Shown here: positions 47,819 through 56,203 of the stretch, in pieces | Layout: each line of letters begins with the position of its first letter | Position numbering within the stretch: position 1 is the first letter of the stretch | Assembly (NCBI GenBank): GCA_963642705.1 | Contig: CAVIHU010000002.1 | Span: 43,519-107,518, forward strand | DNA length: 64,000 bases | Source: Bacteroidaceae bacterium | GTDB lineage: Bacteria; Bacillota; Clostridia; Christensenellales; Aristaeellaceae | Reading direction: 5' to 3' | Made by a program: the position numbers and the translations under genes | The notes under the pieces: generated by a model | The model's input: only the letters and a program-made list of their open reading frames with translations | Told to the model about the DNA's origin: nothing | The model's database searches: none

Positions 47819-48931
47819 ATGATTCCAGTGTCCGAAAATCAGAACAATACGAATGCACCTGCCGAAAAGAAGCAGGTATCCCTGTTCGCCCTGCTGATTG
47901 TGCTGGTCGTCGCAGTCATTGTGATGGTCGTGCTGTTCGTCAACTCGAACAACCTGTCCTCGCAGCTTGACCAGGTCAACAGCGAGCTGACGGAGCGCAG
48001 CACTGAGCTGCAGCAGACTATCACAGAGAAGGAAACCATGCAGGAAGAGCTGACAGCTGCGCAGAATGACCTCCGCGAGGCACAGCTGACGCTTGATGAG
48101 TCCACCGCAAAGGTGACCGAGCTGGAAGCCCAGATCAGCACGTTGACGGAAGAAAATACAACGCTGACCGCAGAGCTGGAGACGGCAAAGGCAAATCAGG
48201 CGACTGCGCAGAGCTACCTCAACGAGGTGTCCGAGCAGGTAAGCGTTCTGATGGAGAACCTCGAACAGGTGCAGCGCGCGCTGAACGGCGAGACCGTTGA
48301 AGCGACCGAGAAACCTGCTGCCGAACCCGTGGAAGAGACTGAAGCGACCGAAACGGATCTTGATGCGGCAGCAACGCTGGACGCGGAAATTGAGGTCGTT
48401 GTGGATGCTGACGCTGACGTGAATACGGAAGCGGACGCTGATGCTGATGCTGATGCTGATGCTGATGCAGATGCGGACATCGATGCCGAGGCTGACGTTG
48501 ATGCTGACACTGACGCTGATACCGATGCGGACGCGGATGTTGAAGCTGATGCGGATGTCGAGGCTGTCGTGAACGTTGCGACCGACGCGGATCTTGCAGC
48601 AGAAGCGGAGGCGGAAGAGAAGGATGCTGATCTGCAGCTTCTCAGCACCTCGATGGTGCTCAATGCAGAAGCGCGCCTGAACATCCGTATGTTCATCGAT
48701 AACGACAAAAAGGTTGCTGATATCGAGCTGAAGCTGGATGGCGAATATGAAGACCTGACGCAGGAAACGCTGGATGCCTACGCAGAGAAGCTGATCGGCA
48801 AGACGATGCCGGCGACTCTCCGCGCAGATGCGACGGAAACCACCGCTGAGGAATCCATCATCGAAGAGCTGGAAGGAATGCCTGAGCTGTCAAGAGAGCT
48901 GCTTGAGCAGCTGAACTTCCTCGTGCTGTAA
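47819..48931 (+). CDS. Single-pass membrane coiled-coil protein with acidic (Asp-Ala)n region, function unknown
   Basis: AGGAGGA RBS. TM segment at about aa 20-42, about 130 aa of coiled coil, D/A/E/V low-complexity sequence, and a globular C-terminal region of about 110 aa. Confidence 0.65.
   Translation: MIPVSENQNNTNAPAEKKQVSLFALLIVLVVAVIVMVVLFVNSNNLSSQLDQVNSELTERSTELQQTITEKETMQEELTAAQNDLREAQLTLDESTAKVTELEAQISTLTEENTTLTAELETAKANQATAQSYLNEVSEQVSVLMENLEQVQRALNGETVEATEKPAAEPVEETEATETDLDAAATLDAEIEVVVDADADVNTEADADADADADADADADIDAEADVDADTDADTDADADVEADADVEAVVNVATDADLAAEAEAEEKDADLQLLSTSMVLNAEARLNIRMFIDNDKKVADIELKLDGEYEDLTQETLDAYAEKLIGKTMPATLRADATETTAEESIIEELEGMPELSRELLEQLNFLVL
48437..48478 (+). repeat. 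Hexanucleotide microsatellite (GCTGAT)5 plus degenerate units
   Basis: Five perfect GCTGAT units (48437-48466), followed by GCAGAT and GCGGAC. In frame, encoding (AD)n. Confidence 0.9.
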
Positions 48932-48945
48932 TCATGGAACCACGA

Positions 48946-48978
48946 CCGCTGCGCCTGAATGGGTGCGGCGGCTTTTTT
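48946..48978 (+). terminator. Intrinsic terminator after the coiled-coil operon
   Basis: 10-bp stem CCGCTGCGCC/GGTGCGGCGG (2 G-U pairs) followed by CTTTTTT. Confidence 0.7.
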
Positions 48979-49022
48979 GCAGAAAAAAATGACTGAATCC
49001 GCGAATTGAAATGAAAAAAGTC

Positions 49023-49051
49023 TTTTCAATCCGGCAAAAGTGTGATAGAAT
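49023..49051 (+). promoter_or_regulatory. Possible extended -10 promoter for efp
   Basis: TTTTCA, a 17-nt spacer, then TGaTAGAAT. Implies a leader of about 190 nt. Confidence 0.4.
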
Positions 49052-49250
49052 ATATTTGTCCGTGCACCTGTGCACCGGGCTTGTTGGTCTGCACCCGAAA
49101 AGCAGGATTTCTCTGCGACTGGATCCGCCTTGTCGGATTTAGACATAGGGATTCGCCGCACCTTTCAGCAGCGATGCCCATCGTACTGCTTCGCTTGTGC
49201 AGCGAACCCAAGCATTTTCGAAACCCTAACAACATTGGAGGAATTGATTG

Positions 49251-49808
49251 ATGATTACTGCTGGCGATTTCAAAAAGGGCATTACCGTGGAGTGGGACGG
49301 CGGCGTCTGGACCATCGTTGACTTCCAGCACGTCAAGCCCGGCAAGGGCGCGGCGTTCGTCCGCACCAAGATCAAGAACGTGATGACCGGTGCTGTGGTC
49401 GAGCGTTCCTTCAACCCTACCGACAAGATGCCCAAGGCTGTGATCGAAACGAAGGAAATGCAGTATGTCTACAACGACGGCGAGCTGTACTACTTCATGG
49501 ACGTCGAGACCTACGACCAGATCCCCATGGCGCTGGACAAGGTTGAGGATGCTATCCCCTATGTTAAGGAAGGCACGAATGTGACCGTTCGTTTCTTCAA
49601 GGGTTCTCCCTTCTCCGTGGAAGCGCCGAACTTCGTCACGCTTGAGGTGACCGACACCGAGCCCGGCTTCAAGGGAGACACCGCGTCCAACACCTACAAG
49701 CCCGCTACGCTGGAAACCGGCTACTCCCTGCAGGTGCCGCTGTTTATCAACACCGGCGACATGATCCGTATCGATACCCGTACCGGCGAGTACATGGAGC
49801 GCGCATAA
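49251..49808 (+). CDS. efp: Elongation factor P
   Basis: [43 protein letters not shown], the canonical EF-P sequence. GGAGG lies 9 nt upstream. Confidence 0.95.
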   Translation: MITAGDFKKGITVEWDGGVWTIVDFQHVKPGKGAAFVRTKIKNVMTGAVVERSFNPTDKMPKAVIETKEMQYVYNDGELYYFMDVETYDQIPMALDKVEDAIPYVKEGTNVTVRFFKGSPFSVEAPNFVTLEVTDTEPGFKGDTASNTYKPATLETGYSLQVPLFINTGDMIRIDTRTGEYMERA

Positions 49809-49879
49809 TATGACCATCATCAGCCCGGGGAGAGCAGCAATCCCTCCGGGCTGATTGTGTATGATAGGAGGACATCAAT

Positions 49880-50362
49880 ATGAGCAGTTTAACGGACCGC
49901 GTCAGCTACCTGAAGGGTCTTGCAGCAGGCATGAAGCTCAACATGGACAAGGACAGCAATAAGCTGCTGATGGAGATCCTCAGCATCATGGGCGAGATGG
50001 CTGACGAGATGCAGCGCCTCGATGAGGAAAAGAAGTCACTGGAGGAATATGTCGAATCCATCGATCAGGATCTCTCGGACATGGAGGAAGCCCTCTACAA
50101 CGCAGATGAAGAAGAGGAAGACGATGACGCGGACGGTGCGTGCGACTGTGAGGACTGTGACGACGAGGATCCGGACGATGAGGAGGACGACGGGGAGTTT
50201 GATGAAACGATCGTCTACGTCTGCCCGAACTGCGGCGAGGAGCTGACCTTCCGCGCGTCTGACATCGACTTCGATGAGAATACGCTCTGCCCGAAGTGCC
50301 ATAAGCCGATTTTTCCTGAAATTGAGGAAGGCAGTGAGGACGGCGAAAATCTGCCCTTCTGA
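49880..50362 (+). CDS. Acidic zinc-ribbon protein (probably the CD1247 N-terminal-domain family often found after efp)
   Basis: AGGAGGA RBS. Helical N-terminal region, a poly-acidic linker, and two CxxC pairs (CPNCG ... CPKCH). Confidence 0.7.
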   Translation: MSSLTDRVSYLKGLAAGMKLNMDKDSNKLLMEILSIMGEMADEMQRLDEEKKSLEEYVESIDQDLSDMEEALYNADEEEEDDDADGACDCEDCDDEDPDDEEDDGEFDETIVYVCPNCGEELTFRASDIDFDENTLCPKCHKPIFPEIEEGSEDGENLPF

Positions 50363-50571
50363 TGAAGGCAATACGCACAATTCGTCAGCACCTCTGAATA
50401 TGCCTTTTGCGCCATCTGCGGCGGTGAAACAAAGCTTTATTTCGCCGGTCAAGGCGGAAAGCTCGATTTACATCCGGCAAACCTTCGATTTCTGCAATCG
50501 TATCCGGCACATAATTCACGATTCATCGTGCTGCCTCATTTGTATGGCATCACCTTAAACCATGCGGATCG

Positions 50572-50600
50572 AGCCGTCTCCGTGTGAGGCGGCTTTTTTT
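50572..50600 (+). terminator. Intrinsic terminator about 210 nt downstream of the zinc-ribbon gene
   Basis: 9-bp stem AGCCGTCTC/GAGGCGGCT (1 G-U pair), a 5-nt loop, then a T-run whose first T closes the stem. Confidence 0.7.
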
Positions 50601-50679
50601 GACAGGAAAAGAAGCAGCTTTCATCAATCTATCACATTTTCTTCAGGATGACAACAGAAAAAACTGCTATCATACCATT

Positions 50680-50932
50680 GTCAGGCGGGAAGGCCAGGAC
50701 AGAAGGCGAACAGCAACCGCTTCGGCAAATCCAGCGGAATCGCCTGGTGGCATGTCCGCTTTGACATAGAAGGCGGAACCGCATAGCGAATGAGCCAGAT
50801 CATTGTGCGCGTTGCCCCTATGGTTTTCCTTTCCTTTTCTCCTCCTTTTTCCCCTTTCCATCCTGAGCGGCAGTCAGCAACAGGCCGTACAGGGAAAACA
50901 GCCCGAACGTCAGCAGGTTCGGGCTGTTTTTT
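50680..50932 (+). ncRNA. Candidate small RNA (unclassified)
   Basis: Extended -10 TGcTATCAT at 50665-50673. Irregular hairpin of about 86 nt (50680-50765). 41-nt polypyrimidine tract containing CTCCTCC (50824-50864). Strong terminator (50899-50932). No credible ORF. Prediction is from sequence only. Confidence 0.3.
50899..50932. terminator. Strong intrinsic terminator (possibly bidirectional)
   Basis: Perfect 10-bp stem CAGCCCGAAC/GTTCGGGCTG, an 8-nt loop, then TTTTTT. Preceded by AAAA. Confidence 0.75.
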
Positions 50933-51137
50933 GCTGTGCGTCCGGCTTGGGCGACAACGCGGTTCCGTGTGCTGCGTTGAGGACGTTTCGCGTACTGCGT
51001 TCACCTCACTGTTCAGCGCTCGCTTGGCGAGGATGGTGATTTTTGCATCGTGGATTTGCGTTGCTGAGGCATTGCCCAAACCCCGGCAAGGGACGCTGCC
51101 CCTGAGCCTGCAGGGGAGAGACACCCCTGAACCGTTT

Positions 51138-52052
51138 TCAGGTGAAGTCGGGCAGTTGGTGAAGCTTTACGAAGCTATCATCCGCATACACCTGACGAAG
51201 GTGCTCTTTTGTATTCCCCTGTTTCTCATCCGTCAGCCAGGAGGTATGCCACGTCATGAACATTGCCCATGGTGCATGCTCCTGCGTCATTTGCGCCCTT
51301 GTCGGAATCACGCCGCATTCATGGAACACAATCGGCATGGAGTCCGGCGCAAGCTGCCGGCACTGGGCATACAGCTCTCCCTGTGCGCCGCCGCGGTAGC
51401 TGTCGCCGCCGAGCATGTCAACCGTGTCATCACCGGGATACCATGGGCGCAAATTCGCAGAGGCATCGGAAAAGCCCAGCACCCAGATGAGGTTGTTCAG
51501 CCCGTGCACCTGCGAATATCGCTCGTACATCAGCCGCCACAGCCGTACGAAATTCTCCGCGCCGCCGCGTCCCCACCAGAACCAGCCGCCGTCCATCTCA
51601 TGAAATGGGCGCCAGAGCACAGGTACACCTGCATCGCACAGCCTGCGAAGGTACACCGCCGCACGGTCGAAGCCGTCCAGCAGGCGCCGGTTTGCTTCAG
51701 TGCCCTCAACGAAGACGGCATCCCAGTCCATCTCACTCGCCTTGCATTCGGGATAGCCGGAGGACAAATCGGCACCCGTGTGCCAGCAAATCGTGGGAAT
51801 GCCGCCGCGTGCCCACCAGTCCTTTGCACGCTGCGTCACGCCCAGAAAGTCGTTGTCCATGAAGTCAAGTCCGCGAACCGCGGGCATCCGGCCGGTCACG
51901 TCCGTCAGGTAGTTGATTTCATGCTCTGACGTGCGGCACCACAGGCTTTCCATCTGTCCGGTCAGGCATTTGCCGTCAAGAGATTGTATATATCGGTATA
52001 CGCGCTCTGCGGCGGGAAGGGGTCGGGACACGGAGAGTGTGCGGAACATCAT
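51138..52052 (-). CDS. Glycoside hydrolase family 26 (beta-mannanase-like), apparently cytoplasmic
   Basis: GH26 signature WRPFHEMDGGWFWWG. No signal peptide. I prefer the start at the ATG preceded by AAAGGAG (52052). The upstream in-frame ATG at 52067 lacks an RBS. Confidence 0.8.
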   Translation of the reverse strand: MMFRTLSVSRPLPAAERVYRYIQSLDGKCLTGQMESLWCRTSEHEINYLTDVTGRMPAVRGLDFMDNDFLGVTQRAKDWWARGGIPTICWHTGADLSSGYPECKASEMDWDAVFVEGTEANRRLLDGFDRAAVYLRRLCDAGVPVLWRPFHEMDGGWFWWGRGGAENFVRLWRLMYERYSQVHGLNNLIWVLGFSDASANLRPWYPGDDTVDMLGGDSYRGGAQGELYAQCRQLAPDSMPIVFHECGVIPTRAQMTQEHAPWAMFMTWHTSWLTDEKQGNTKEHLRQVYADDSFVKLHQLPDFT

Positions 52053-52166
52053 GATACTCCTTTTCATACGGATGCTGCCTGAAGTATAGCAGGAAACGCC
52101 TGCAAATGCAAGAACGCATGGAGGAAGGAAGCAGATTCGCTCATAAAATTGGTTTGGCTAAAAAGA

Positions 52167-52195
52167 TTGCATCTTGCATCAATGTGTGCTATAAT
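52167..52195 (+). promoter_or_regulatory. SigA-type promoter for nifJ
   Basis: TTGCAT, a 17-nt spacer, then TGcTATAAT (extended -10). Confidence 0.6.
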
Positions 52196-52364
52196 CAGAA
52201 CAGAAAAACGCAGGGTGGGTGCGTTTTCCGAATTGCGCCGGGCAGACACGGCACATAAGCGAAAGCCAACGGACAGATGCAGAGGAGTTGAAAAGCCGTT
52301 GACATGTCTGTCTTTTGATGTTACCCTCTAAAACCTGATATCAAAAACGGAGGTGCGATTTCCA

Positions 52365-55300
52365 ATGAAAAAGATGATCGGCGACGGCAATCTTGCCGCC
52401 GCGCAGGCTGCCTATCTGCTGAGTGAAACAGCGGCAGTCTATCCGATTACCCCTTCAACGCCGATCGCTGAAAACTGCGATGAATGGGCCCGCCAGGGAC
52501 AGAAGAATGTGTTCGGTCAGCAGATGACGCTGGTCGAGATGCAGAGCGAGGGCGGCGCGGCCGGTGCATTGCACGGTCTGCTGTCCGCAGGCGCGCTTGC
52601 ATCAACGTTCACCGCCTCGCAGGGTCTGCTGCTGATGCTGCCGGATATGTGCAAGATGTCCGGCGAGCTGCTGCCCGGCGTCATCCATGTGGCGGCGCGT
52701 GCACTGGCGTATCATGCCCTGTCGATTTTCGGCGACCACAGCGACGTCATGACCGTTCGCGCGGCCGGCTGGGGTATGCTGTGCGGCTCTTCCGTGCAGG
52801 AAGCATCCGATCTGGCTGTCGTTGCGCATCTGACCGCGATGGAAAGCAGCGTTCCGATGCTGCACTTCTTCGACGGCTTCCGCACGAGCCATGAGATTCA
52901 GCGCTTCGACGCCCTGACGGCGGATGAACTGAAGGATCTCGTGCCGTGGGATAAGGTTGCCGAATTCCGCGCCCGCGCCATGAATCCTGATCATCCGCAT
53001 CAGCAGGGCACGAGCCAGAACCCCGATATCTACTTCCAGGGACGTGAAGCGGCAAATCCGTATTTCGCCGCTGTTCCCGAAATCGTGCAGAAGTACATGG
53101 ACCGCGTGGCTGCCATCACCGGTCGTCCGCTGGGCATCTTCTCCTATACCGGCGATCCGGCGGCGGAAAAGGTCATTGTCATCATGGGTTCCGGTGCAGA
53201 GACTGTCGAGGAGACCGTCCGCGTGCTGATGGAAAAGGGCGAGAAGGTCGGCGTTGTTCGCGTCCGCCTGTTCCGTCCGTTCTCCGCCGAGGCAATGCTC
53301 AAGGCGCTGCCTGAAACCGTCAAGTCCATCGCTGTCCTTGACAGAACGAAGGAATCCGGCTCTCAGGGTGAACCGCTGTATCTGGATGTTTGCACGGCTA
53401 TCGCTTCCTCCGGTCGCGACGTCAAGCTCACCGGCGGCCGCTATGGTCTGGGCAGCAAGGAATTCACCCCTGCAATGGTCAAGGGCATCTACGATGCGCT
53501 CGATTCCATGGCGCCGGGTCAGAAGTTCACCATCGGCATCGATGACGACGTGACGAAGCTGTCCCTGCCGTATGACCCGACCTTCGCGCTGGAAATCCCC
53601 GGCACGATCCGCTGCAAGTTCTATGGCCTGGGCTCCGACGGTACGGTCGGCGCGAACAAGGCTTCCATCAAGCTGATTGCGCAGCATACCGACAAGCATG
53701 TTCAGGCGTATTTCTCCTATGACTCCAAGAAGTCCGGCGGCTACACCGTTTCTCACCTGCGCGTGAGCGACAACCCGATTCATTCGCCGTACCTGATCGG
53801 CCAGGCGGACTTCCTCGCGTGCCACCAGCCCTCGCTGATGAATCAGCAGGTTGTGGCAGACAGCGTGAAGGAAGGCGGCCGCGTGCTGCTGAACCTGCCG
53901 GTCGGCACCGAAATTCCGGCTCGCCTGCGCAAGGCGATTGCCACGAAGCACGCCAAGCTCTGGTGCATCGACGCTGACGCCATCGCCGCGGCAAGCGGTC
54001 TGGGCGGACGCATCAACACCGTCATGCAGACGTCCTTCTTCCTCCTCAACGACTTCCTGCCCGAGGCGGAGACGGTTGAGCTGCTTGAAAATTCCGCCCG
54101 CAAGGCATACGCCGGCAAGGGCGACAAGATCGTCGCGGACAACATCAGCGCCATCGAGCATACGCGCGAGGCACTTCGCCCGATGAACGTTCCGGATGAA
54201 TGGGCTGACCTGACGGTCGAACCCGACGACAATTCCGATCCCGCACATGCCGCCATGCGTCAGATTCTCGCGCAGCAGGGCGACAAGCTGCCCGTCAGCG
54301 CCATCGACGCACGCGGCTTCGCAGAGGTCGGCACCAGCAAGCTCGAAAAGCGCGGCATTGCCCGTCAGGTACCGGCATGGGATGCCGCGAAGTGCATCGG
54401 CTGCGGCCTGTGCAGCCTCGTCTGCCCGCATGCTGCCATCCGCACGTTCTATCCGCCGGTCGATGCCGAGCTGCCCGAAGGATTCACCGTCCGCAAGGCA
54501 AACGGCAAGGCATTCGAAGGTCGTGCACTGCGCGTACAGGTTTCCCCGATGGACTGCACCGGCTGCGCAAGCTGCGTGAATGTCTGCCCGGCGAAGGAAA
54601 AGGCACTCGCCATGGAGCCGGCAGAAAAGATGCATGCCGAGCAGAAGCTGTGGGACTTCGCGCTGACGCTGCCTGAAGTGAAGGCTGAACCCTCCTCCGT
54701 GCAAATCTCTCAGGCGAAGACGCCGCTGTTTGAGTTCTCCGGCGCCTGCGCGGGCTGCGGCGAAACGCCGTACGTCAAGCTCCTGACGCAGCTCTTCGGC
54801 TCCCGCCTGATGGTCGCAAACGCGACGGGCTGCTCCTCCATTTATGCCGGCAGCGCTCCGTCCTGCCCGTATACCGTCAACAGCAAGGGTCAGGGTCCTG
54901 CATGGGGCAACAGCCTCTTCGAGGACAACGCGGAATTCGGCTACGGTCTGTATACCGCGATGAAGCATCGCCGCGCGGATCTCGCCGCGAAGGTGGAGAC
55001 GCTGATTGCCGAATGCCCGGAGCTGGCGGAAGCCGGTCAGGCATGGCTGGACAACCGCGAGGATGCGGAATTGTCCGAAACCACCGGCGAAGCGCTCGTC
55101 AAGCTGTGCACTGAGAAGGACAACGCGCTGGCGAAGGAGGTCGCGGCGTCGGCTGACCTGATGACGAAGAAGAGCGTGTGGCTCATCGGCGGCGACGGCT
55201 GGGCATTTGATATCGGCTATGGCGGACTTGACCACGTGCTCGCGTCCGGCGAGAACGTCAACGCGCTGGTGCTCAATACCGAGGTGTACTCCAACACCGG

Positions 55301-55805
55301 CGGACAGGCTTCCAAGGCCACGCCGAAGGGTGCCTCTGCCAAGCTGATGTCCGGCGGCAAAACCGGCGTCAAGAAGGATCTGGGCATGATGGCGATGACT
55401 TACGGCCATGTCTATGTTGCGCAGGTCGCGATGGGCGCCAATCCCACGCAGCTGCTCAAGGCCATGCGCGAGGCGGAGGCATGGAACGGTCCGTCGCTGA
55501 TCATCGCGTATGCGCCCTGCATCGCTCACGGCATCGACATGAGCCAGACGCAGTCGATGGAGAAGGAGGCCGTGCAGTGCGGCTACTTCCCGATCTACCG
55601 CTTCGACCCGACCAAGGAAGCGCTGACGCTCGACTGCGCAGAGCCCAAGGGCGATTTCCAGGCGTTCCTGCTCAGGCAGCGCCGTTTCGCAAGCCTGCAG
55701 CGCACCGAGCCCGAGGCGAGCGCGAAGCTCCGTCAGGACTGCGAGGTTGAGGCAAAGCGCCGCTGGCGTCTGCTCAACGCGCTGACCGGCGTGAAGGCTG
55801 ACTGA
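52365..55805 (+). CDS. nifJ: Pyruvate:ferredoxin (flavodoxin) oxidoreductase
   Basis: About 1150-aa single-chain PFOR. Two 4Fe-4S ferredoxin motifs (CIGCGLCSLVCP, CTGCASCVNVCP) and a TPP domain (GGDGWAFDIGYGGLDH). ATG at 52365 follows GGAGGTG. Confidence 0.95.
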   Translation: MKKMIGDGNLAAAQAAYLLSETAAVYPITPSTPIAENCDEWARQGQKNVFGQQMTLVEMQSEGGAAGALHGLLSAGALASTFTASQGLLLMLPDMCKMSGELLPGVIHVAARALAYHALSIFGDHSDVMTVRAAGWGMLCGSSVQEASDLAVVAHLTAMESSVPMLHFFDGFRTSHEIQRFDALTADELKDLVPWDKVAEFRARAMNPDHPHQQGTSQNPDIYFQGREAANPYFAAVPEIVQKYMDRVAAITGRPLGIFSYTGDPAAEKVIVIMGSGAETVEETVRVLMEKGEKVGVVRVRLFRPFSAEAMLKALPETVKSIAVLDRTKESGSQGEPLYLDVCTAIASSGRDVKLTGGRYGLGSKEFTPAMVKGIYDALDSMAPGQKFTIGIDDDVTKLSLPYDPTFALEIPGTIRCKFYGLGSDGTVGANKASIKLIAQHTDKHVQAYFSYDSKKSGGYTVSHLRVSDNPIHSPYLIGQADFLACHQPSLMNQQVVADSVKEGGRVLLNLPVGTEIPARLRKAIATKHAKLWCIDADAIAAASGLGGRINTVMQTSFFLLNDFLPEAETVELLENSARKAYAGKGDKIVADNISAIEHTREALRPMNVPDEWADLTVEPDDNSDPAHAAMRQILAQQGDKLPVSAIDARGFAEVGTSKLEKRGIARQVPAWDAAKCIGCGLCSLVCPHAAIRTFYPPVDAELPEGFTVRKANGKAFEGRALRVQVSPMDCTGCASCVNVCPAKEKALAMEPAEKMHAEQKLWDFALTLPEVKAEPSSVQISQAKTPLFEFSGACAGCGETPYVKLLTQLFGSRLMVANATGCSSIYAGSAPSCPYTVNSKGQGPAWGNSLFEDNAEFGYGLYTAMKHRRADLAAKVETLIAECPELAEAGQAWLDNREDAELSETTGEALVKLCTEKDNALAKEVAASADLMTKKSVWLIGGDGWAFDIGYGGLDHVLASGENVNALVLNTEVYSNTGGQASKATPKGASAKLMSGGKTGVKKDLGMMAMTYGHVYVAQVAMGANPTQLLKAMREAEAWNGPSLIIAYAPCIAHGIDMSQTQSMEKEAVQCGYFPIYRFDPTKEALTLDCAEPKGDFQAFLLRQRRFASLQRTEPEASAKLRQDCEVEAKRRWRLLNALTGVKAD

Positions 55806-55850
55806 GCTGCGCAGGAATCGGCGGAAGCGCTGATCAAATGAATCCAATCA

Positions 55851-55881
55851 GAGGCTGTCTCCTTGCGAGACGGCCTCTTTT
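55851..55881 (+). terminator. Intrinsic terminator after nifJ
   Basis: 11-bp stem GAGGCTGTCTC/GAGACGGCCTC (1 G-U pair), a 5-nt loop, then TTTT. Confidence 0.75.
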
Positions 55882-56046
55882 CATGTCAAAAAAGGGAAAC
55901 TTCAAGCCGAAAGCGCCAACGAAAACGTTCCTAACGAAAAAAGCCGGTTGAGAAAAGAAAATATAGGAGTCTGATGCATTTCAGACAAAATTAACAAAAT
56001 AGTCGATGAAATATTGAAAATAAAATGGAAAGGTAATGTTTTCACC

Positions 56047-56075
56047 TTGACAAACATGCACGAAATGGCTATAAT
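56047..56075 (+). promoter_or_regulatory. Perfect consensus SigA promoter for sugar locus 2
   Basis: TTGACA (56047-56052), an exact 17-nt spacer, then TATAAT (56070-56075), set in an AT-rich intergenic region. Confidence 0.75.
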
Positions 56076-56203
56076 ATTCCCAGAGGTTCGGAAATGTCAG
56101 AGAACGTGCGCATACACACAAAAACGATTTCGTAAATCTCACGCTCCTACGAAAACGTTCTCGACACAAAGACCAATACAGTTTCTAAGGAGGAAAACAT
56201 CCT

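Noticed and set aside
50449-50526. A 25-aa minus-strand ORF (MNRELCAGYDCRNRRFAGCKSSFPP) with GAGG 7 nt upstream.
   Set aside because: It is very short. It lies antisense within the 3' UTR between the zinc-ribbon gene and its terminator, and has no visible promoter. I cannot assess conservation. It could be revisited if Ribo-seq shows initiation there.
50679-50720. GUCAGG...GGAAGG...AGCAAC string resembling the SRP (4.5S/scRNA) domain IV consensus GUCAGGUCCGGAAGGAAGCAGC.
   Set aside because: The spacing is wrong because there are extra inserted nucleotides. There is no GGAA tetraloop closing a UCC/GGA helix, and the 3' strand of helix 8 is missing. I kept the region only as an unclassified sRNA candidate.
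50681-51124. A 147-aa minus-strand ORF, and the purine-rich GGAAAGGGGAAAAAGGAGGAGAAAAGG tract as a super-RBS.
   Set aside because: The translation is Arg/Pro/Cys/Ser-rich and unlike a real protein. The nearest downstream ATG is more than 25 nt from the tract.
52053-52067. The longer GH26 start at ATG 52067 given in the ORF track.
   Set aside because: That ATG has no RBS and is itself followed by AAAGGAG, which serves the ATG at 52052. The shorter form is more likely, though either is possible.
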